A stretch of 62,880 nucleotides of DNA, filler included, from Choristocarpus tenellus KU-1152 (taxonomy: Eukaryota; Protista; Phaeophyceae), in NCBI GenBank assembly GCA_964200185.2. It is 13 parts of 13 records of this genome, joined end to end, with 100 filler letters (N's around TTAATTAATTAA, not from the genome) between each part and the next. Parts side by side here need not be neighbours in the genome. Positions count along the whole stretch, not along the records: positions 51,772 to 55,083 come from CAXNAD020020880.1; positions 55,184 to 57,791 come from CAXNAD020026318.1; positions 57,892 to 62,880 come from CAXNAD020012258.1; 10 more parts are not named here. The stretch is one strand, 5' to 3'. This document shows, piece by piece, positions 51,860 through 62,880 of the stretch (its first letter is position 1; each line of letters starts with the position of its first letter). The position numbers and the translations under genes are program-made. The notes under the pieces were generated by a model. The model did no database searches. It saw only the letters and a list, made by a program, of their open reading frames with translations, and had not been told where the DNA came from.

Positions 51860-52720
51860 TATGTTTGGAGTGTGTGGCTGGTGCATCATTGAACAGGGAC
51901 GGTGAATGAGATATCGTATAGTGTATTTCGCCAGTGTGCAAGTGCGATACTATCTAATTGTGTGAACTGCTTTGGAACAGAGAGGAATACAGCTCAGTTT
52001 TCTGTGGATGAGAAAAAGGTAGCCAAGAGAGTTAAAATGGAAGGTCTTGCCTACTGTCTGGACCCTACAGCCAAAATCCTTATGAGATTCCAGAGAATGA
52101 GCAAAATGAAGACATTTGTAGGCAGATGGAATAGGAAGTTCTAGGTATTGTGGAGGAGGAGCACAGAGCGAAGGAGGCAGAGCATAGTCCAGTGGTGAAA
52201 CCAGAGCCCACATCCACCTCCATCATGAGCGGGGTAGTCCTCTCACAAACAACAAAAGGGGTTCACAGGAGGTACCTATGCAATGTGCATGAAAATTCAG
52301 GTGGTGGCGGTGAGATATTGGAACACGCAAGCAATCAGAGAGCACATGGAGGAAGCAACACGTGTAGAGGTGGATTCCTTCGAGGTCGCAAGAGGAGGGC
52401 TCACAGCAATTCATATGGACAATGGAGACTACAACAACCCACTCAGGTGGTGGTGGGAAAGGAGCTCAAAATTTCCGTAATGGTAAGAATTGCCTGTAGT
52501 ATTTTGGTTATTCCTCCTACAAAACAAGCAAACTCAGAGTGCATACTCTCAACACCTAGGAAAATTGCAACATAAAAACGAGCGCAGGCTAGACCCAAAT
52601 TCTGTGCACCTTGGTGTCTTCTTTAGCAACATTTGGATGAAGGTGCATACACGGAAGGCTGTCAAGAAAGGCAACAGAAAGGATACCGCGCGAAGGCTGA
52701 AAAGGCAGCAACAAAGTGTA
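51860..52720 (+). pseudogene. Decayed hAT transposase 3' part, including the dimerization domain
   Basis: AYCLDP, then NPLRWWWERSSKFP / RIACSILVIPPT.QANSECILST..KIAT / RRLDPNSV, split by frameshifts. Confidence 0.75.
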
Positions 52721-53456
52721 GCCGCACACGTTTACAAACATAATATACCCAAAAGAAGTCACCAAGACATCACATCAAAGAGTATCTTGTAGTAGGAAAA
52801 AAGAGGACGGAAATTAAGAGTACCTTAAATATTTTCACCTCAAGCAGGGTACCTCACAGCGCAGTGAGGCACTCAGCGCTCGGTCGTGGAAAGCACGGGT
52901 TGCCCCGTGCGCTTTGCGCACGCCTCGATTACAAACGAGCACATAACAAAAACTGACCCGATTGAACTTATGCTCATAAATTCTTTCGATTCAGAACATA
53001 AATCTTCGCTTAGTGCACATTTTAGGGAGGTGTCTCAGCATTGAAAACTACTCTTTTACAGTAGTAGTCCTTGCCATATAGTTTGGCCTTGGTTTCCCCC
53101 CTCCCACTGACGAATCTGCAAAATGTCAAAGTTACAATAATATCATATGTTTATGTAAGGGGGAGAAGGGTTGGGGGTAGCACATGGTATGAGACTATTT
53201 CAGTTGTCTCAAAAAAATTGGAATGGGTGGAAAGTACACAACATTGGGGAAAACAGTGATGTTTTCAGATATTACACAAGGAAGCATATGTTGGCAGAGG
53301 GGGTACGTTGAGACGCTTGAGTGCATGTAGGTGGTGCTGCTGTTGGAAGTGTTGCGGGACTCGAGAAATACGACAGGGTAACAGTAAGGTATTTTGGAAT
53401 ATTTGCAGAGAGGACATACAATTGGTACATTCTACCTGTGGCATACACTAAATATT

Positions 53457-53716
53457 GAGTCAAACCAATTGAGAGGTAGGCACGGATGTATTTCTAAGAA
53501 CCCCAAGAAAGGGTATGAAATATGTCAGCTTGTACAATTGCAGAAAGAACCGTTGCTTAATTGTGTGTGTCACTTTGTGTGGAAAGGGGAATATCAATTT
53601 TGCGTCTTACTACTGCTCACTTAAAGCTATGAAATATAGTGTATTGCTCAGGGAAAGAAAGATTGCTTAGAATGAAAAAAGGTCAAAACCTGCCTCCCTC
53701 TCAATTGGTTTAGCTC
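53457..53716 (-). mobile_element. MITE, GAGTCAAACCAATTGA family
   Basis: TIR GAGTCAAACCAATTGAGAGG / CCTCTCAATTGGTTTAGCTC. Confidence 0.8.
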
Positions 53717-56700
53717 GTTATGTATCCCTGCACACGTTATTGATTGTGGCTGACCTTACAGGCATAGATGCTCATTGACATCTGGGCGACTGAACATTTG
53801 AAGCGTTGGAGGGTAATGTGCTTACACAGGGTCATCGTTTAAATCTCTACCAGGACTGTCATGTCTCCATCCACCTCTTCTTCCACCACCTCCTCCTTCT
53901 CTTAAATTCCTTTTCCACATCCTCCCCGATCTCCAACATTCAGGGGATGTCATCCTCAGTCTGACGGGGAGTAATTGAGGTTCTTTCCCCTCAGCTCGCC
54001 CTCTTCATCCTTCCTCAGTCGTCTTAAGCTTCAACTTCTTCATCTGGGTACATTTTGCAGCTTTCCTCGAGCCTAGCAACTTGACTTTGTCTTTTCCCCT
54101 TTCACGCATTCAGCATGTTGCCCACGTCCTTTCCAAGATCCTGCTTCCTCATGATCCAGCCTGTGCACCTGGTAGTACTCCTTGGAAGAAAAAAAGTACA
54201 CCTGTGTAACACCAGGACCCCGATCTTTCCAATGAACAGCATAGTGTCAATAGACTGTGGGGCTTAGCTCGTAATGCAGTGAAGTGTGACATACGAACCG
54301 AAATTCTGGATCTCTAAAAATAAAAAGGATTATAGAAACCGAGTTATATTTCCTACCATTAAATTCCTTTATGTTGTTGCGCCCTCTGACATTTTGCAGG
54401 TGTGATAAGGACAGGGGGGGGGGCGAGTCCTAGTGTGTACTACGAAACTACTATGGATACAATAGTTGCGTTCCTAAGAAGACACCTCATTAAAATATAA
54501 GTATCCTCTTGAAATTGAATTACAAAATAGTATTCGAAATTGAAAGCATATATTACTTTTGAGTATTATTCGTTACGATTCGGGTAGAAAAGTACTCGAT
54601 AATAAACAAAACTTGCATACCCACAAACATGAATTTCAACGGTTCGATCTTTACTTATTCTTACAGAAATCTGGTTTCGATATATCGTATTCCACGTGGC
54701 AACCACAACAGATTGCGCACCACCTGCCCTTTACTACTATCCTGGATATTCTGTGGCAACGCCACAAAAACACAGCAATATCGAGGGCGGAAACTTGGAG
54801 ACAAGTCCAACAGAAGATCTGAGGGAGGAGACGGAGCACTGGAATGAGAGTGCTGGACCCAACGCGTGAGAAGCAAGGCAGGATCCTAGGCAGTACAATT
54901 TGTCGTCATGCAAGTATAGTCAGTGAGTTAGTGTGAGAAGTAGTGCAGCTTGTAGTGGCTCTGACCATGGGTCAGGATAATTGGGTCAAAGTATCTGGGG
55001 GGGGGGGGGGCATCAGTCAATACATCTACTTCCTCAGCAGTCCACTCCCCCTTCCTTACTCCTGGATTTGATGGAGGTATTGGNNNNNNNNNNNNNNNNN
55101 NNNNNNNNNNNNNNNNNNNNNNNNNNNTTAATTAATTAANNNNNNNNNNNNNNNNNNNNNNNNNNNNNNNNNNNNNNNNNNNNTCTACATAATGAGGAAA
55201 TAATCAAGTTATTTATACACACAAGTCTTGGGAACACCAGTTTCTTTAACACCTTGTTCTGAGAGTATGCACTATGCCTTTTCCTTACAGGTAACACTGT
55301 CAAGAAATCGTGGAAAGATGAGAAAGGAAGAGATAAGCAGCACACAGGTACAGTTTTTGACTTCCAAGTCACCTTACTGGAGGGCACGGTTTAATGATGG
55401 GGATTGGGAAGAATTCAACAAAGGCGAAATGAGTCGCCTCTCCCAAAAATGATCCAACAGGTAATCACTGTACATCCAGAAGACAAGGTACGTGAGGACT
55501 AACCAATCCATGTAAGAACACAGGAATCAAACATTGATATTCATAGTCCCCGCATAGAATGTAAGGTAGCAGAAGTCAGACACACGAAGAAACTCACATT
55601 AGGCCAGGCGGTAATTTATATAGGATGCATCCTTTATTTTTACTTCTATTATTTGTCATTTTTTTTCTCGCTTTCCTATATATCAGGTACCTGACCCCCT
55701 TTATTCTATGTTTTGTTCTATTTCCTTTGTATTCTTTTTTCTCTTTTTGTCAGACCAGGTATACCTAATCCCCTTAAGTCCTTATTTTGCTCTATCTTTC
55801 TTCAGCCCTTTCTTTTCTGTCCCTTGTCTCTTTTTTTTGTTGGCACTCATGTTGATGTTATTGCCTGTTTTATGCACTATCAGCCATCAGTATGCTTCGT
55901 GCTGGGGGGGCATGAGACAGGCCATAATCAGATGATACTTGGCAACTTAGGGAAGCTGTATTTTGGTAAGAGTAAATGTATACTCAGATTAGGGTAGATG
56001 CAGACAGATTTCTCCAAGTAGATAAGGATATATGTTTTGGACCTAGTAGGAGTTTGATATTTTTTTCTTCTTTCTTTCTCCTTGCCACAGGATGATTTGA
56101 GGTGATTGATGATATTTATTGCCTTCACCGGTGGTAATCGCCTGTGGTAAGCGTGAAACACGTATTGCTAGTTCACACTGGGGGGCATGTTACAGGCGAA
56201 TAGTGCGATCATTTCTTCTCGTGTTCTAGAAAGTGCAAGCAGTACACGAGATTAGTAGCACATAGGAGGCCTTACAGACTAAATGCTGTTTCTTAGAAGA
56301 TGCAGAGTAAGATTCGAAATGTGTACGTAACCTTACAGAAGAAACGTCAATTCAAGTTGCAGAATAAGGTTTATGATTGGAGTATGTATACAGCAGTTTG
56401 CAGATGTCGCTTAACTTATAGTCTGTAGAAATCGGGTGGAAGATGATAAGATAAGAGTGCTTTTGGGGACCACCCAATGCACCTCTTTCTTTCTTTCTTT
56501 TATCTTGAGTGAAACATTAAGTCAAGCATTGAGCTGGGCACTGAGTGAAGCATCGAGAGAAGGTTGTCTGACACCTCAAGTAACTATCGACCGGGGACAC
56601 GCCCCCATAGCGTTGTTTTGAGGTCATTGGGTTAGAGTTGCACATCCCGTGGAGGTGAGTTTTTGAGTATGTTGTAGCAGACAACGGCTATTTCTACAGG

Positions 56701-57187
56701 GGTTCCTATGATATATGTATATTTTCCCCCTGACACACCTGCAAAATGCTAGAGGGCATAAATTTATATATTGATTCCAAGCAGTCATGTCAGAGGCATA
56801 AGAAATATTTTTAAATATGAATAAATATACAGTGATGCAGGAGGCCGGTGCTGGTACACAGGATGAGGAAGGGAGACAAAAAGGTGACAATATATAGGAT
56901 GGAGCGCAACTGGAAGAATAATGGACAGGGTGTGTAGGATGGTGAATGGTTTCGCAGATGAGCGAATCTCCCACCTCAAGCACACAACCAAGGTGCGCTA
57001 GTCAGGAAGGAAGTTCAAGGGAGGAGACAGGAGAGCCCGCAGGCACTCACAATAACGGAGGAGGTATCACTCGGATCCAACGGTCAGCCTCTCCCACCAG
57101 GTACCCTAACATATGCTCGGCACAGGAACCACCCCCCCAACATATGAGTCTTTCCCCATCTGCACTTCCCAAATAAATTACTAGTAT

Positions 57188-57480
57188 ACTAAATCCGTGT
57201 GGACAACCTCGCCGGGCTGCTTGGGGGTCCTGCCACCCCGTTGATAGCTTGAGGCCTCGGACTTGCATTCCTTGCAGGTCTCGCACTGTTGTTCTGATGC
57301 CACAGTAGCGTCGGTGATCTCCAACAGTCCACTTTTTTCGAGATGCTTTATTGCTGATGGGTTGATGTGTCCCAATATGTTGTGCCAGCCCCTCAATGTC
57401 AGCCTCTGCTTTTGGTTGGCTCATGTAGCGCTGGCTCTCGATTCTTGTTTCATGGTGATTATGGTTCCAGTTAAATATAA
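57188..57480 (-). mobile_element. Copia gag-pre-integrase / integrase zinc finger fragment
   Basis: WHNILGHINPSAIKHL...CETCKECK...PGEVVHTDL. Confidence 0.85.
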
Positions 57481-58164
57481 GAACCCCCACGACTTTTGTA
57501 GGTCTATCTTGGGCGAATTCTTGTAGGTCCTCAGATAACTTTCTTTTTTTCCAGAATCCATAAATTCTCCTCCATTCCGTCGTATGCAGTAGGTACCCCT
57601 ATTTTGGGCCCAAACATTATGAACCAAATCGAAAAATATGCAATTTTTTGCCGCTTTTTTCGACATGCTCAAAAAATAGACTTTTGTACCAGAATTCACG
57701 TATTCGGGCGACTTGGCACAAAATCCCAGATATATTCACAAGAGTTTGGCACGTGCGAAAAAAATTCTCGCGAAAAGTGCCTTTCTTCCTGNNNNNNNNN
57801 NNNNNNNNNNNNNNNNNNNNNNNNNNNNNNNNNNNTTAATTAATTAANNNNNNNNNNNNNNNNNNNNNNNNNNNNNNNNNNNNNNNNNNNNGACAGCCAC
57901 TATTCCCCCCCCCCCCCACATACTTTGAGCCATTGATATTCCCCCTTTCCACACACAAAGTGATACCACAATTCAGCAAAGCCTCTTTCTACAATAATTA
58001 TACAAAATGACAATCTTTTGCCCCTTTCTCAGGATCCTTAAAATGCCATCCTACCTCTCATTTGGTTTGACTCAAAGCAGCATTTAGTACATAGTGATAG
58101 TGGTGGTTTTTGTGCCTTAGCTACTCCTTTGGGGTAATGCACATTACTGACAACAGCTTCCTTG

Positions 58165-59435
58165 GAATTTCACTCTCCCATGAAGCTTGTTGTGTCGGCA
58201 GCCATACACTTTTCCCACTTCTTCATTTGGCTCGTGGCTCTGGTGCTCCAACCTTCAACCATAATCTCAAACTTCTCTAGCTCAAATTGGAGGCATATCC
58301 ACCTGTTCTTCTCCTGCTGTCCACCTTGCTTCCGTTTACCGGGGACAAGCTCCCCAAAAATCCATCTACACCTTGGGAAGTCGCTCATTCATTCCCCATG
58401 CGTGCAACTGACCTATCGAATCTCCTTTTGCAATCAGTTGTCTCGATACTCTTATACCCAGTTTCACAAGGACATCTTTTTATGGCAGGACATTATCTTT
58501 GTGTTCCTGTTTGCGGAATCCAATACAACGTGGAAGGAATGTTGGTGTTGATGAGAATGAAACTTCAATTAGTGGACCTGGTGGTGTTTCCGCCCATCAT
58601 GTCGTCATGCAACCATAAAACAGAACCTCAAGCATCTCAGCCTTGAGCGTTCAAATGTTAAACTCAAGTTATGTACCTGAGGTCCTTCCATTAAGCACTT
58701 GGCTATATTATGTACGAAAGCAACTCCAAGCCTACTAAATCCTCTGCCAGGCTGATCTCAACAGCGAGTGATAGTGACCTCTTCATCGATGATAATGGTT
58801 CCTCCAACGTATACAAACTTGTCAGTCTACTTTTAGGTCTAGTCCAGCGTGTGGACTTGTTTGATATCTGCAGCCGTATTAGGAGTTTAGGTCTAGTCCA
58901 GTGTGTGGACTTGTTTGATATCTGCAGCCGTATTAGGAGTTCGTAGACACATGGTCTCGATCTTCAGAACTGGCACGATTGAACCGAGATGGTTTGGCCA
59001 CCTTCACAATAATCACCATTGTTATCCTGGCCAAACCACCTTGGTTGGGTCTTGAAGACGACGCCCGCATCATCAAGCATCAAAGAGACACTGCAAGAAT
59101 CCCTCAAGTGCTATCCCACTCACTAGGTCTCCTCCTTATCTGATCTGGTTGTTCGTGACCGTTCTCTTGACGACAATAAGGTCCTTGGAGATGGCCTGGT
59201 CAGGGGTGAACTCCTTATCAACTACTACATTTGTTAATATTATCAGTAGTAGAGTGAAGAAGATATTGAGACGACTGGGAAGAAGTACACACACAACTCC
59301 TTCCACAGCAAGTGCTGCATTGGGGTCCACCCCAACCCAACCTCCAACCAGTGTGCACTCACTGCCATCCAGCTATCACATGCCCTCATCCCATGTTGAT
59401 AGTGGTGTAATGAAGAACTTGAAATTACGGTGTTA
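58165..59435 (-). mobile_element. RTE-clade LINE, degenerate reverse transcriptase and C-terminus, with a 54-bp tandem duplication at 58833-58940
   Basis: HGMRAC..., CVL.P..LNIFF, DDAGVV, TLKAEMLEVLFYGC and FGELVPGKRKQGG...W motifs across frameshifts. Confidence 0.8.
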
Positions 59436-59637
59436 AAAAGTACTGAGGTAGGTAGTGTTAAGGATTTCAAAGTTTTGCACTCGACACCGAAGGCATTTAT
59501 GTTAATTGTTTTTTTTGTTGGGTGTCCGATGTATGTAGGCGCATCGGAAGGAGGACACCTCGATGTCGATTTGACAGGCATAAATTCACCCAACGCATCT
59601 CCGATATCAAGTTCAAATTTCCTCTCTGCACGAGACG

Positions 59638-62600
59638 ATGGATATTCGCCCTCCAGCGGAGAACATGGGGGCTAGCTTGCCCCCAGTGTCTGCCGAAGCT
59701 GGACCACCCTCTCCGACCGCTCTCTTTTGGTCTGGTGGAGGAGCTGTGGCTGATATGTCAATCTTCTCTCCTCGTCAAAATGGAAGATCGTTCGTGTGGA
59801 GGCAAAGGCTCTTCCTGGTGGACGCGGCAGGACGTTGTGCGTGCACCGAGTGCTCGATGGTAGTTCCAAACGGTGCAGGAGCAGCGAAGGGACCTAACAC
59901 AACCAACCTCATCGGGCACTACAAGAAGAAACACCCACGAAAACTCGTGGAAGCCCTGAAGGCAGAGGAGGAAAATGGCACATTGAAGGACAACAGCGCC
60001 ATGAAGGAGAAGGGGAAGGGGAAGGGTGTCATCAAGGCAAATGGAGTCGACACCTTCAAGGACAAGGACGAGGCGAAGCGTATGAAGGTGATCAAGCAGG
60101 CAGCGATGGCTGGACTGCAACGGTGAGCAAACATTTTGCGAATGATACGGGTGCAGGTCGAGATACGTTGGACAGGCCTTCACGAAGCGCTTGCTTGTCC
60201 TTAGAAGAATTGAAGTCTCACCCATTGTTATAAGTCGTGTTCGATGGATTCTCTTTGAGAAAAATACCGATGAGACCTTTCCATTCAATCTCCTCCCAGG
60301 AAGGGTGTTTTTCTAAAGGTCAAGGATAGTCTCTTACTGGAGGCTATCGTCGAGTACATAGTGCTGGAACGGCGAAATCTCCAAATTGTGGAATCGGAGT
60401 CCTTCCAGAAGAATCTCCGGGTTGCCAGTGGCGAACCTGAGTTCAGACCCCCTGACCGAAAGGTGGTTCGGGCAACGATTTTGGAGCGAGGCCAGGCTGC
60501 GTCAACCAAACTCAAAGAGCTTCTACATGGCCAAAGGCCTGCGCTTGTTGCACATTTCTGGATTTCAGACTCCGGGGTGAGACCATTCACGTTTGGTCGA
60601 TTGTCCAAATGTGCATTCGTCAGCAATCCGGTTTGGTGTTTTTTGTAGGGATGAAAGGGGGCCCGTAGGGCGAATCCGCGTCTTTCTCTGTTGGATTCTA
60701 CTCGTTTGTGCACGTTATACCCCTCCGGGAGCTTTCTTCCTTCGTGTATGTTGCCCTTGTTTAATTTCTCATTGCTCAAACCACAGCCTTCTCCCTCCCT
60801 GGTCCCTCCCTCCCTGTTCCCTTCCTCCCGGTGTAGTTCTCGTGTGGTGTATTTTTCCCTCCTGAATGTTGCATACATTTGAAAGGCTCCTGCTGCTGGA
60901 TCAAATGCAAGCTTCAATCCAAACATGTAGAAATGTACTCCCCCCCCCCACATTTATGTGCCCTTAGATTGGATTCATCTCTCTCTGCGCGAACTGGATT
61001 GACCGTTCTACATGGGAATTACAAAGGGCCACCATGGCATGCGAGACATTCACGGGTTCTCCTACCGCCTCTCGGATCAAGGACAAGCTTGCCAACATGA
61101 TGGGTGTTGCCGGCCTGACAGGATTGGCAATCACCATCACCACCTCGGATGCACATTCTGGCCTGAAGTCAGCTGCCTCAGAGCTACCTAACCTGGAGTT
61201 CATTGCATGCTCTGCCAGCAAGGTAGAGCGTTCGGTGCGGGATTGCATTGATGCACCTCGACAGAGGGAGTGCATTTCTAAGTTTTCCATGGTTGCAGCT
61301 TATTTGCACGCTTCTAAGGAAGCTAGAGAGGCTCTTGACGAACGACAGAAAGTGAGCAAGAACAAATTTTTACGTACGATGAACTCGTTTTTCTCATTGT
61401 CCAATCCGTGAAGTGTAAGTGTTTTTTTTTTAGTTCTGTGTGTGTGTACATACATACATACATACATACATACATACATACATGTTTTACTCTGATTTGT
61501 CGTGTTCCATGCAAAAGACTCAAATGAGAACACTGTTACATGTGTTGCTGTTTTTCTAATCTCCATGTTGGTCGTGCCTAACATCCACAACCCCTGTCAG
61601 TTGAGAAGGTTGTGCTGACCTATGAAGTATGTGGCCAATAAGGCATAAACAAGTTCACCAAACCCTACTTACTACTTTTTGGCTGTGAGCTGGATCCCCT
61701 TCGTACTTTTTTTTAGTGCAGTTTGGCCCAGAGTTGTACTGTGGAGGACATTGTTTGAAGTAGCTTTATACCACTCTGCTATAGTATGTCATTCCCTGCC
61801 TCCGTTGGCACCACTTGATGTTTCCGTACTTGTCCTAACCCTATCCCCACAATAGGTACATCGTCCCATAGCCCACACCAACCCTCAATCAAGTCGGGTG
61901 CAGCACAATTTGGAAACATTTCAGTAGATTGAGGTAGATTGACCTATTCCGTAGCTAGAATCAATCGTGCGTTATGTTTTGGAGTGTTGCTCTGTCCTTT
62001 AGATTTTTCTCTACATCTTCTGCTCAAGATCCAAACTTTAGCAGACTTGCACTCCAGAGCACTTCAAACTGTCAGCCCTGTTGCTCTGTTTACCTAACCT
62101 AACATAAAGTGCTTTCAACTCTATCAGAGGGCCTGTGCGGTGTCTGTGTTCCAAACTGACAAGAACAGCTGTGGCAGGCCACAGTAGTGCAGTAGGACTA
62201 AAACAGTGGAAAGGGAGGACGATTTGATGTAATCAAAACACAGTTTGAAGTATGTCTTAACAGGTTATTTCCCACACACAGGCATCAGGCCAAGGGGCTC
62301 AATCAATAGCCTGTATTCAAGTCAGGGGAGGGGGAGATTGGTGTTAGAAATGCCTCCTGTCACATAGCCCTTCGTTGCGATGATATCCGTAGCCAATCTT
62401 TCCTTGACTTCCTACACTATTTTGAGTATTCTGTGTGTACAGACAGGAATGCTTTGGCTTCTGTGTAGTGTCCTGTTTACCAGGCATGTCTCACCCTAGT
62501 TCTCTGCTCTGTGTTCCTCCTAACTGTGGCGACTAACCCTGCCACTGACCTGCCCCCGTTTGTGTCTCACCGCCGTGCTAAATACAGACAGCCAAAGGGA

Positions 62601-62880
62601 GGTCTCAAAAGATCCCTCTGTCTTCTAAGAGGCACTGGCGATCCAAGTACAACATGCTGGAGGCGTTACTGCAGTGGAAGCAGGAGGTGCAGTTCACCTT
62701 GGCCCGAGTGAACGGGTTGGGTGGGGGCGCGCCGGATCTGCACGTGAGCGATGACGAGTGGGAGACAGCAGCGTGTATGCTGAAGGATTTGGAGCCGTTT
62801 GCTGATGCAGTTGAGACCCTGGAGGGTGACCCACACATCACTGTCTCTTTCCTACCAGCGGTTTGCGAAAGCCTGCACAC
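59638..62880 (+). CDS. BED zinc finger plus hAT transposase-derived protein (ZBED-like), spliced; exons 59638-60122, 60300-60576, 60968-61351, 62588 to beyond 62880
   Basis: All three introns are GT-AG and keep the frame (479 codons, no stop). BED finger SFVW..LF...CTEC...TTNLIGHYKKKHP; hAT blocks IVESESF, ISLCANWID..WEL, HWRSKYNMLE, DDEWE...LEPFADAVETLEGD..TVS. Confidence 0.85.
61447..61482 (+). repeat. (TACA)n microsatellite in intron 3 of the ZBED-like gene
   Basis: Direct reading of about 9 TACA units. Confidence 0.95.

Noticed and set aside
60285-60953. 222-aa minus-strand ORF
   Set aside because: Antisense to exon 2 and a pyrimidine-rich intron of the ZBED-like gene; no recognisable motifs.

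Overview
This window is not one locus. It is 13 contigs of about 2.6-10.7 kb joined by artificial 100-bp spacers (N44-TTAATTAATTAA-N44), from a repeat-rich, intron-rich eukaryote; a stramenopile such as a brown alga is plausible but is only my inference. Most of it is decayed transposable elements: many 5'-truncated CRE-like non-LTR elements (restriction-like endonuclease) sharing a 3' hairpin plus (ATA)n tail, a chromodomain Ty3/Gypsy family with LTRs, Ty1/Copia fragments, an RTE-clade LINE, IS630/Tc1-like TIR elements, a hAT relic, and several MITE families with GAGTCAAA-type ends and 4-bp TSDs. Three spliced genes can be rebuilt by hand: the C-terminal part of AP-4 epsilon, the 5' part of a CLC anion channel/transporter, and a four-exon BED-finger hAT transposase-derived gene (59638 to beyond 62880). 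The last is the most interesting. Its frame is intact through all introns and its zinc finger is intact, but the first catalytic Asp, the CxxH motif and the RW motif are replaced, making it a candidate domesticated transposase. No rRNA, intact tRNA or CRISPR array was found.
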